Source of the DNA: Balanoglossus misakiensis
Lineage: Eukaryota > Animalia > Hemichordata
DNA length: 64,000 bases
Reading direction: 5' to 3'
Assembly (NCBI GenBank): GCA_040954595.2
Contig: CM082587.2
Coordinates: 11,990,053-12,054,052 of the forward strand
Below, piece after piece: positions 1-8,619 of the stretch. A model generated the notes under the pieces. That model was not told the DNA's origin. It made no database searches and saw only the letters and a list, made by a program, of their open reading frames with translations. Every line of letters begins with the position of its first letter. Within the stretch, counting starts at the first letter, position 1. A program made the position numbers and the translations under genes.

Positions 1-473
1 GCCACCAAGTAAAGTTCCACGCCGCCCACCACAGATGCCAGCATTCATTCATGCGAGTGAGTGTAATTGCAAATTTGCCTATTCTAGATCTGTAATGGAA
101 ATGGAGAAAGTACCTTATATTTTCTGTAAAATAGACATTTAATTGGCAAGCCGTCCTGCATCAATTATGAATTGTGTACATGCACTAAAGCGCCCTCACT
201 GCTGGGTGTGTTGTATGGTCTTTAACCCTGTTTCAAATTAGAGTACTTTCTGCAATTTCAAGACAGATCTTACGTGCCATTGGAGAGCTCCATTGACTGG
301 TCATTCATACTGTTTTCATTCATTCATTGCGGCATCAATATATTTTATCTATTCTAGCCAAAGAGCTTGGCACCTGTTGAAATGAACTCATCTGCTGTGG
401 GCCAGTTTATTGGTGGCAGTTGAGCTGAGGAGAGCACCTTCCTTCCCGGCACGCCACCAAGTAAAGTTCCACG
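1..473. repeat. Tail of 452-bp satellite array preceding cassette 1
   Basis: Same sequence as the monomers at 8620-21109; diverges from the satellite at 474 (ccacg|tgcattcc versus ccacg|ccgccc). Confidence 0.97.
90..266. mobile_element. 177-bp MITE-like module B (representative; 66 more full copies in the arrays)
   Basis: Left end agatCTGTaatggaaatggagaaagtac matches the reverse complement of the right end, agatCTGTcttgaaattgcagaaagtac, at 23/28. Flanked by AT on both sides. Absent from the short monomers. Confidence 0.8.
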
Positions 474-2263
474 TGCATTCCTGGCCCTGGTTTTATTTAT
501 GTTTACAGACAATATTGCATTTTTGTACAAGTATTTTAATCAACTATAAATTTTGAATGTGTCATTTACCTGAACCGGTCATGTTGACCAGAATGATACA
601 TTTCTGCCTTCACTCACCCTATAAATATGTGATTGAGACATAGGTCATTTGCATAAGCTAACATACCAGAAAGTAAGCATATCTGTTGTTTTCCCTGTGT
701 CACTGCCATCAAAGTAAAAATTAGACGTTGTGTAGAGCAAACTCCAATTTTTTGTTCTCAATAAACATGGATGAATTACATAGAATGTGTTTGTTGTTTA
801 CAGTCTTTAAATGACACATTAGATTATGCACTTTACAAAACGTTTCTGAGAAACAAGTGACTAACTAGTTTCTTTCCACTGTGGCCAACGTGGTTCACTG
901 TTTGTGTCAGAATCTCTCTGTTTTGCAAGGATTTTGAAATCATAGTGGTGACATGCATAGTGAAAATCAGCTACTTTCAAATGTCCGTCATGTTCATGCT
1001 GTAATTGAATTTTCAAAGCTGGGCTGGCGTGTTTTTTCTTATTTACATAAGTATCACACTTTATACATGTATCTTCATGGGGTTTTTTGAGTCCCGTATT
1101 TAGGTCCTCTCTCACAATTTTACGAAATATCGTATAACTGACAGTTGTTCTTCCCAGAAGAGATTGGTTGGTTATGAACTCTCGGTGTAACTGCGATATA
1201 CTGTGGTCCGGCGCCAGGTACGGTTTAAATCGAGGATTCCTGCAGTAGTGAGATTCTACAATTCTGTGCCTGCGTACGTGTTCAGTGATATCAGTCAGCA
1301 AATTTGGATTGAGTTTCCGACGATGCCCTTTGTGTCGGCCCCTTGCATCTGGCATCAGACCAGTAAAGTTCCATGTGCATTCCTGGCCCTGGTTTTATTT
1401 ATGTTTACAGACAATATTGCATTTTTGTACAAGTATTTTAATCAACTATAAATTTTGAATGTGTCATTTACCTGAACCGGTCATGTTGACCAGAATGATA
1501 CATTTCTGCCTTCACTCACCCTATAAATATGTGATTGAGACATAGGTCATTTGCATAAGCTAACATACCAGAAAGTAAGCATATCTGTTGTTTTCCCTGT
1601 GTCACTGCCATCAAAGTAAAAATTAGACGTTGTGTAGAGCAAACTCCAATTTTTTGTTCTCAATAAACATGGATGAATTACATAGAATGTGTTTGTTGTT
1701 TACAGTCTTTAAATGACACATTAGATTATGCACTTTACAAAACGTTTCTGAGAAACAAGTGACTAACTAGTTTCTTTCCACTGTGGCCAACGTGGTTCAC
1801 TGTTTGTGTCAGAATCTCTCTGTTTTGCAAGGATTTTGAAATCATAGTGGTGACATGCATAGTGAAAATCAGCTACTTTCAAATGTCCGTCATGTTCATG
1901 CTGTAATTGAATTTTCAAAGCTGGGCTGGCGTGTTTTTTCTTATTTACATAAGTATCACACTTTATACATGTATCTTCATGGGGTTTTCTGAGTCCCGTA
2001 TTTAGGTCCTCTCTCACAATTTTACGAAATATCGTATAACTGACAGTTGTTCTTCCCAGAAGAGATTGGTTGGTTATGAACTCTCGGTGTAACTGCGATA
2101 TACTGTGGTCCGGCGCCAGGTACGGTTTAAATCGAGGATTCCTGCAGTAGTGAGATTCTACAATTCTGTGCCTGCGTACGTGTTCAGTGATATCAGTCAG
2201 CAAATTTGGATTGAGTTTCCGACGATGCCCTTTGTGTCGGCCCCTTGCATCTGGCATCAGACC
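460..2263. repeat. 902-bp tandem duplication (3' half and downstream region of the transposase N-half gene)
   Basis: 460-1361 and 1362-2263 are nearly identical. Both start agtaaagttcca; ORF stops at 861 and 1763 are 902 apart; one K/R difference. Confidence 0.95.
861..1355 (-). pseudogene. 5'-truncated duplicate of the transposase N-half ORF (164 aa, open frame)
   Basis: Identical to the last 164 aa of 1763-2719 except GLKKP versus GLRKP; the breakpoint lies a few bp upstream of an internal ATG. Confidence 0.75.
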
Positions 2264-2719
2264 AGTTGAACAGTGCATCATTTTGCTTAGAACGGTTCTA
2301 GTCCGCCTCTCACTAATGCCAAATAATTTCAGGAATGCATTTTTGCAGACAGTAACCGTTTCACCGCCTTCATTCACCAGGTGATAACGAACCGATTTCT
2401 TGTGTGACTTCATCTGTATATCCATCAGTTTGTAGAGCATCAAGTTCTGTTCATTATACACGCGACCATCAAAATATTTTCTCGTGGTGCCTAAAACATG
2501 CGTACTCCCAAGCTTCCGCAGACAATTCCCTTGAACGCAGGCGCATTCCAAGGAAAGACTGTCAATATCTGGAAAAGGGCGATTTTTCCTTGGTTTTTGT
2601 CTCGGACACGTCTTTTTAGAATTCCTACGTGGCTTGTTGGCTCGAGCTGACAGTTCGGTTCTGCGTTGCTGCCACACAGGAATGGGTTCCCACGCATAAG
2701 CAACTCCCCGGCAGGCCAT
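1763..2719 (-). CDS. Sola-like transposase N-terminal half (CxC, VCK, ESHY, CxxC-H Zn/DNA-binding region), 318 aa
   Basis: Motifs CACVQGNC, VCKNAFLKLFGIS, DARGRH, ESHYCR..YL...SI and KPHEDTCIKC..H occur in the order seen N-terminal to the catalytic core of Sola1-type transposases. Start context accATGg. Confidence 0.8.
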   Translation of the reverse strand: MACRGVAYAWEPIPVWQQRRTELSARANKPRRNSKKTCPRQKPRKNRPFPDIDSLSLECACVQGNCLRKLGSTHVLGTTRKYFDGRVYNEQNLMLYKLMDIQMKSHKKSVRYHLVNEGGETVTVCKNAFLKLFGISERRTRTVLSKMMHCSTGLMPDARGRHKGHRRKLNPNLLTDITEHVRRHRIVESHYCRNPRFKPYLAPDHSISQLHREFITNQSLLGRTTVSYTIFRKIVREDLNTGLRKPHEDTCIKCDTYVNKKKHASPALKIQLQHEHDGHLKVADFHYACHHYDFKILAKQRDSDTNSEPRWPQWKETS

Positions 2720-2890
2720 GGTCACAGCTGAAGTATTTGTTCAAGTACTGACTGACTAAACGCGGCATGGAACAAACGAACGAACGAACGAACGACTTCA
2801 CGTTCGGAAAAAAAATCGTTGCGAGCTGTTGGGTGCCTCTATAGTTGTCGGCAACCGTTCTTTTTTATTGCTAAACAATGCTGTCAGAGC
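2720..2890. promoter_or_regulatory. Putative bidirectional promoter with (GAAC)n microsatellite
   Basis: 171 bp between two divergent Kozak-context ATGs; contains gaacaaacgaacgaacgaacgaacga and TTCGGAA. Confidence 0.55.
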
Positions 2891-3904
2891 ATGGAAGGTG
2901 TGGTGGAAAACGAACAGAGGTTTTGTACGACCAACGATTGGATGGTGCTACATATGGACTTCCACAAGTCATTGCCGGTTCCTAAACTCAGCTCTGAAGA
3001 CTTTTACTTTAAATCGAAATTGCAAATGAAGCTCCTTGGAATTTACAACGGGACAACGGAAAAGATGCATTGTTATGTATGGACAGAGCTCGATAGCAGA
3101 AAGTCTCCCGATGAAGTTATTACCTGTCTAAATCACTTTTTTTATAACTCGGGTGTGACCAGCAGACATGCAGTTATTTACAGCGACAACTGCCGTGCCG
3201 AATTCAAGTGTGGGAAGTTAATGTTTTACTATGACTATCTGTTACGAAAGGGCGTGTTTCGACGAATTGACTATAAAACTCTTGTGGCTGGACACACGTA
3301 CTCCACCTGTGACCGAGTTTTTGCGTCCATTGAAAGGCATGCAAGTCGTTTCCAGAGTATAGAGACACCTCACGATTGGACATCTGTGATTCGAGGATCT
3401 TCTCTGAATGGGAACATTGGAGTTACGGAGATGACTCACAGAGACTTTTTCAATTATTCTGATTTCCTGAAAAATGAGTACGTTGTGCGTTATGCAGATA
3501 CAAACAATGTAACTTTTTACTACCAAGCCATGCACTATTTTAATTTTGGAGAAGGAGAAAGGCTTGATACCGACGGCAACCTCAGAACATTTAGTCATGC
3601 AGATAAAGTTTGGGTGAGAACATCTCTAGATCCAAGCGAGACCCCGATTGTAGTCGACTTTAGAAAGAAGAAGCAGAACCGGCGTTTACAAGATTGTACG
3701 CTGAACAAACTTTATCAGGAACGTCGACCACTGGCGAGCAAAGTTTGGCGGGATCTTCAGAGTTTAGCCAAAAATTACCTGTCTCCGGAGGCAATAGAAT
3801 TTTATAGGAATCTACCGCTTCAGGAGAGTAGTGGCACCTCTGCAGACCCGTACGCCTTTCATGATGATGACGACGACGATGATGATGATATGGGCGGTGG
3901 TTGA
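2891..3904 (+). CDS. Sola-like DDE transposase catalytic half, 337 aa, acidic tail
   Basis: Motifs MDFHKSLPVP..FYFKSKL, CYVWTE..DEVITCL, IYSDNC, GHTYSTCDRVFASIE form an RNase H-like DDE/D pattern. Start agcATGg preferred over TTG at 2819. Ends in D9. Confidence 0.85.
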   Translation: MEGVVENEQRFCTTNDWMVLHMDFHKSLPVPKLSSEDFYFKSKLQMKLLGIYNGTTEKMHCYVWTELDSRKSPDEVITCLNHFFYNSGVTSRHAVIYSDNCRAEFKCGKLMFYYDYLLRKGVFRRIDYKTLVAGHTYSTCDRVFASIERHASRFQSIETPHDWTSVIRGSSLNGNIGVTEMTHRDFFNYSDFLKNEYVVRYADTNNVTFYYQAMHYFNFGEGERLDTDGNLRTFSHADKVWVRTSLDPSETPIVVDFRKKKQNRRLQDCTLNKLYQERRPLASKVWRDLQSLAKNYLSPEAIEFYRNLPLQESSGTSADPYAFHDDDDDDDDDMGGG

Positions 3905-4065
3905 ACAAACTGTCCTTTTCATGACGACAGTGATTTTGGATATTTGATGTGCGTGCACAGTTTATATGTAATATTTTCACACGAACGAGTTTTGACTGAA
4001 TTTGATTAAAGAATGTACTCGATAATTAACAAATGTGCTGAATCGTGGTTATTATGTTGTTAATT

Positions 4066-4090
4066 TTTGTTTGTTTGTTTGTTTGTTTGT
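4066..4090. repeat. (TTTG)n microsatellite
   Basis: tttgtttgtttgtttgtttgtttgt read directly. Confidence 0.9.
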
Positions 4091-4286
4091 AAACAATTTC
4101 CGTTCATTCAACTGGCTACAAAGTTGGATTTTTGTACTGGGAAGCGATAAACTCGCACATCAAAACCGGGGAGACTCGATCATTTTTCCCTGCAGGTAGC
4201 CTGAAAAGCACCCGGGCAGAGATTACGTCATATATGGTCCACTTTAATACGAAATTATGCAAATGTGACATTTCACGGAAACGGCG

Positions 4287-4295
4287 TATATAAAA
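4287..4295 (+). promoter_or_regulatory. TATA box of the SET gene
   Basis: TATATAAAA about 100 bp upstream of ATG 4388; a CRE-like TTACGTCA lies at ~4223. Confidence 0.6.
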
Positions 4296-4387
4296 GCGAC
4301 CCTGGGCTATTGTTCGGAATGCGTCATCGACGAGAGAGTGACTGATAATTCTTCTACCTCGAGTCAACCATTCTGTATATACTGAAC

Positions 4388-5714
4388 ATGGCTAGCTGGC
4401 GCAGGAAGAGACAAGGCAATGTGCGGTCTGTAATCAACGAACGGCACCGCTCAGTTCAGTGTCCCTTTCTTCAAAAGTGGATCGGTGAGCAATTGGTATT
4501 TTCAGGTCGTTCAGAGGATGAAGTCCAGTCCAGTACTGTATTTGAGAGCTACAAATGTTGGGTTGAAAACTATTCGTCGGCGGACAATCAAGTAATGATT
4601 ATGGTTACTAAAGCTCGATTTTTCAAGGTGAGAATGATCGCATTTTTCTTCCCCCCCCCCCTCCCTCCCCCAAGGGACTCGTTTTCTGTCTCTTTTAAAC
4701 CTGTAACTTAACGAAAAGGAAGTTTTTCACATATCTCTTTGTTGACACTATAGCAATTTGGAGCGCGGATGCTTCAAGAGAATAGCGTTACCAAATCAAA
4801 GTCGGCCGGGGTTAATATTTATAGAGGTGTTCGTCTGAAAGCTGGTTCGCGAAGAATCTCAACGGGGAAACCTGAGCACAGTGTACTTCAGACCAGGGCA
4901 AGGGCATTTCTTGATGACGCCAGCGTGACCGTTCCGATCGAGGTAAGAATGGTGTTTTGTTTGGACTAGGACAATAGAACGTTGCAATGAGTGTGTCAAT
5001 GGGTGTCCAAGTGCAAACGTGGTCGGCTTCTGTCCACAAATGCCATTAATTTTAGGCAGGATTTATAAAATTGTCAATGAAGAATACAAAAATGAAAAAC
5101 AATAGTTAATAGCAAACGGGTAGGATTGCAAGGGCTTGTAAAACGGTACACACTGTACCAGGAAGTTTGCAACACTAATGAAGAATGTATATGATATATT
5201 TAGGTGAGAACTGTTCGCGATCGCCGGGACGCAGGACGGTGCGCGTTTTCGACGAGGGATCTTCAAGCCTGGAACGTCGTCTGCGAATACCGGGGCACGG
5301 TTATTAGCGTTGAAGAAGCTAGTCGGCGTGATGAACTTTACAGGGCAGAGGGGAAACGACCACGCATGTTTCATCTCTACATTGGAAAGAGACACGTTGT
5401 GTGAGTGTATCACTTAGTCGAATATATGGTCATATATTGCAAAGCATCTGTCGAAATAGAAAACGTAATATTGTCTATATTTTCCTCATTAACGCAGCAT
5501 TGACGGATACGATGTCCCAGCCGGTGAAGAAAATTTAGCGGGCCTAATAAATCACAGTCAGCAGAACGCCAACTTGGTACCGGTTCGGATCGGAGAGCGC
5601 CTGGTTTTCTTTGCAACCAGGAATCTTTGTCAGGGAGTAGAGCTTTTGTATGATTACGGTGACGGGGGTGAAGAGGATTTCTTCAGTGGTTCTCAAACTT
5701 TTCCTGAAAATTAA
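4388..5714 (+). CDS. Winged-helix + SETD8/PR-Set7-like SET methyltransferase, 280 aa, 4 exons (4388-4627, 4754-4942, 5204-5400, 5498-5714)
   Basis: Three GT-AG introns (phases 0, 0, 2) join one open frame with GRCAF..CEYRG..EA.RR..LY, IDG, GLINHS and ELLYDYGD, and no Cys post-SET. The N-terminus (W..E..V....VFESY..W..F....YRGVRLK) resembles an RFX/D5-C winged helix. Confidence 0.85.
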
Positions 5715-5759
5715 GGCATTAACACATCAACGCTTCGGGATGTCGTAACGGCGGCAAGG

Positions 5760-5779
5760 CGGGGGGGGGGGGGGGGGGG
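5760..5779. repeat. Poly-G tract
   Basis: About 20 G; one base longer in copy 2. Confidence 0.85.
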
Positions 5780-6621
5780 CGTGAAAATGTTTGTATCAGG
5801 AACAAAATTCCCGTGCAAATCACCTTGATCCGGGTGGGTGGACTATTCGCGACAAATGTTGAAATCATACAAAGCATTTTACTTAATTAACCCATTTTTT
5901 TCATTTATTTGTTTACAGTTTACAACGTCATAGAGAAGTTGAACTAGAGACTGGATCAGCGTGGGTGACACCATAGTACACCAATGTTTTCTTCAGTTTG
6001 ATTCAATTGTAATTTAAAACTGAGATTGCCTAACGCTTTCCCAGATTTTTTTAACCACTGAGAAACTGTGGGTTTTTTTCTGGGTTTTGGTGCGAGGTGA
6101 TCTCAGTCAGTGGTGTTAATTTAATTAATCATTTTCTTTTCCTATTTACGTCGACTGAAATGTATTTTGATAGGTGATAGTCATACCATAAAAAAATCTT
6201 ACGGCGCGACTGCCAAAATGTACATTTATTTGTCCGTTCCAAGTTATTTTGTGTATGTGTGATGGGTGCCGGTGACTGTGCAGGGTTGATTTCCCTAGAG
6301 CGACTGTTATATTCGTTTTCCAACGATGATGAATTTACATGTTATTTGCTTGGCATTTTGACGCAGAGACACTTCTGAAAACACAAACCTATTAATTATG
6401 CCACGGGTGTAAATTGATCACATTAAAAGAGGCTTTAGACGTTTGCCGCGAGCTCCTGGTGGGCAGAATCTTGTCAGCCCAAATTTGACTATAAGTACAT
6501 AGCCAATGATGTGACGCTCTCCCACATCCTTCGCCGCGCCTTTTCGCTGATTTACAGCATCTTGCGTAAACACTGTCATTTGATCTTGCTTGGCAGAAGT
6601 CAACTTGCTCTATACTACATT

Positions 6622-6987
6622 ATGGCGGCCAAGCTCAACTGCATATCAGATAATGCCAAGGAGCGTTTGAGAGGCATCCTCGCCAGAAGGAGTCGCGTTT
6701 CCGGTGACTGTGTGCTCTGGACGGGTGCAGCTTGTCGAAACGGCTATGGCTCTATTACGTTCAGAGATGAGAACACTCTAACCGCCTATGTCCATCACAT
6801 TGCACTCCTAATTAACGGAGTGCAATTGGTGGGCAGGCGGTTAGAGTGTTCTCATCTTTGCAACGAAAAGCTATGCATCCGCCCAGAGCACATTGTCCAG
6901 GAAACGCGACTCCTAAACATTTCACGAAAGACGTGCTTTAAATCCCCAAAAGGGGAGTGTCACCACGATCCCAGGTGCCTAAGGTGA
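6622..6987 (+). CDS. His-Cys box / His-Me finger endonuclease (I-PpoI-like), 121 aa
   Basis: Motifs CVLWTG..GYG, HHIA, SHLCNEKLCIRPEH..E....N..RKTC and CHHDPRC. Start attATGg preferred over GTG at 6511. Confidence 0.88.
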   Translation: MAAKLNCISDNAKERLRGILARRSRVSGDCVLWTGAACRNGYGSITFRDENTLTAYVHHIALLINGVQLVGRRLECSHLCNEKLCIRPEHIVQETRLLNISRKTCFKSPKGECHHDPRCLR

Positions 6988-7400
6988 GTAATCCTCTTCT
7001 CATTTGATATGTATTGTGTGACCCTGCAGTTGAAACGCTTTCATCAATAATTTGCGGCGCGTGGGTAATCTCGGTGTTATTGACAATGCAGCCGGCCCAA
7101 ACATTTTTAAATTAACACTGTTTCTGACTGTATTAACGAAATGTCCAATTTGCAAGTAGCCTATAGACAACCCTTTTGAATGAGTTTTGTCTCGTTGAGA
7201 TTTTATACATAAGGAACAATCTAGATTTATTTTAGAAGACACTGTTCTTTTAAAACAGCTAGCATAATACAGCTAAATTTCGGAATTTCCGGACAATTTT
7301 CGGAATTCCTTTTAAATTTGAGAAATTTTTCATCAGATATAAGTGTTACTATTTATTGGACATGTTTTTATCATTGTTTACTTTTTAAGGTCATTCTCAT

Positions 7401-7425
7401 CCCCCCCCCCCCCCCCCAAAAAAAA
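7401..7425. repeat. Poly-C/poly-A tract
   Basis: Abutting C and A runs whose lengths vary among the copies. Confidence 0.85.
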
Positions 7426-7974
7426 GCCGCTTTAGGCTTCATGTTCAGTAAAAAATCTGGAAAGTTCAGCTGAATTTTACACTGATCACACATTTTTGGG
7501 AAGGTCTGGCGCAAAATAAAGGATGACAAATGTAAATCTAATGTCACATTTGTAAACCTCTAAGTATTGTACACTCATTCTATTAAGTATATGCAAATAG
7601 TACGGATAATTTTTTCGGAATGTGGAATTCCGAAATTAGTTCGGAACGTGTTAGCAGTGAAGAGATCACCACTGAGGGTTGGAAGGCCTTGCCAGAAATT
7701 AACGCGTAAAGTACGCCCTCACAGGCCATGTAAACAAGGTCAAATAAGGCCGTCTGGCAAACGAATGATTAATTCAACGCGCCATTTGAGCCGAGCTGAG
7801 TTGGTCTGAGTTGCGTATCACACAGACTTAGGCTGAATGTCAGTGGAGTAACCAGTCCGTTTTAGATTTACCAATGATGTGAATTTAATTTCTTCACCCA
7901 GAAAAACAGAACACAACTTGTCTGCAACATGATGCTGGAGGTGACACATGACAGAGAAGTGGATCCGCGTTGTC

Positions 7975-8302
7975 AACACAGATGCCAGCATTCAAAAGGG
8001 GAGTGCCACCTGCTAAAATCAACTCATCTGCTGTTGGCCCATTTTACCTGTGGCAACTGTTCAGAGGAGACAACGTTTATTCCGTGCAAGCCAACACGCA
8101 ATGTTGGGGTCTACCTGTCAACACAGATGCAAGCATTCATGTGAGTGAGTATCAGGACTGACCTTGTTTTGCTGAATAATTCATAATGCCTATTTTAGAA
8201 TTCTTAGAGGCATTTGGAGTTCATTGCCTGGTCAACCAAACTACACCCCTTAACAGCTGAAACAAAATGCGTATTGTGTTCATTCATTCATTGCTTCAAT
8301 AT
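7975..8302 (+). repeat. Diverged copy of satellite part A inside the cassette
   Basis: Collinear matches to A: cacagatgccagcattca, aactcatctgctgttggcc, gtgagtgagt, gcctattttagaattctta, ttcattcattcattgc. Confidence 0.85.
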
Positions 8303-8619
8303 ATATAGGCAACATGAGTATCAAGTAGCACTATTTGTTTACGATTGTATTCATGAAAACTTCCCACTAACAATTCCACAGTTAATATTGAACACATTTA
8401 TCCAACAAGGTCAAAAGAAAAAGGGAATCTTCTGGTTCCAAAATACGCCACAAATGTGGGTCAACATACAGTGAAATATTATGGTGCTCAAATATGCAAC
8501 ATATCAAATCTGTCTCATCAAAGTCATGCTTTAAAAAAGAATTGAAAAGGTATTATTTATCCATTTGACTGCTGTATTTTCAGAAGGAAAACAAACTGAA
8601 TTTGGTTTTTCATGTACAA

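Noticed and set aside
2819-2890. TTG-initiated N-terminal extension of the catalytic ORF (likewise GTG at 6511 and 2725)
   Set aside because: The context is eukaryotic and the downstream ATGs have strong Kozak context.
3242-3980. Antisense ORFs of 118 aa and 106 aa (His-rich)
   Set aside because: They are shadows of the transposase ORF; the His run mirrors the GAT/GAC Asp tract.
4388-5404. Three separate small + strand ORFs (107, 66 and 66 aa)
   Set aside because: They are exons of one spliced SET gene reading through into introns.
6051-6119. Short hairpin ttaaccactgaga...tctcagtcagtggtgttaa
   Set aside because: Short and imperfect in AT-rich sequence, with no independent support.
6622-6987. 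Group I intron or rDNA context for the endonuclease
   Set aside because: No recognisable rRNA sequence or group I core elements flank the ORF.
7000-8474. Small ORFs of 63-86 aa at the cassette's right side
   Set aside because: No motifs, several have non-ATG starts, and some overlap the diverged satellite copy.
8505-8530. atctgtct as a possible extra TIR copy
   Set aside because: Only 8 bp match and the AGAAAGTAC box is missing.
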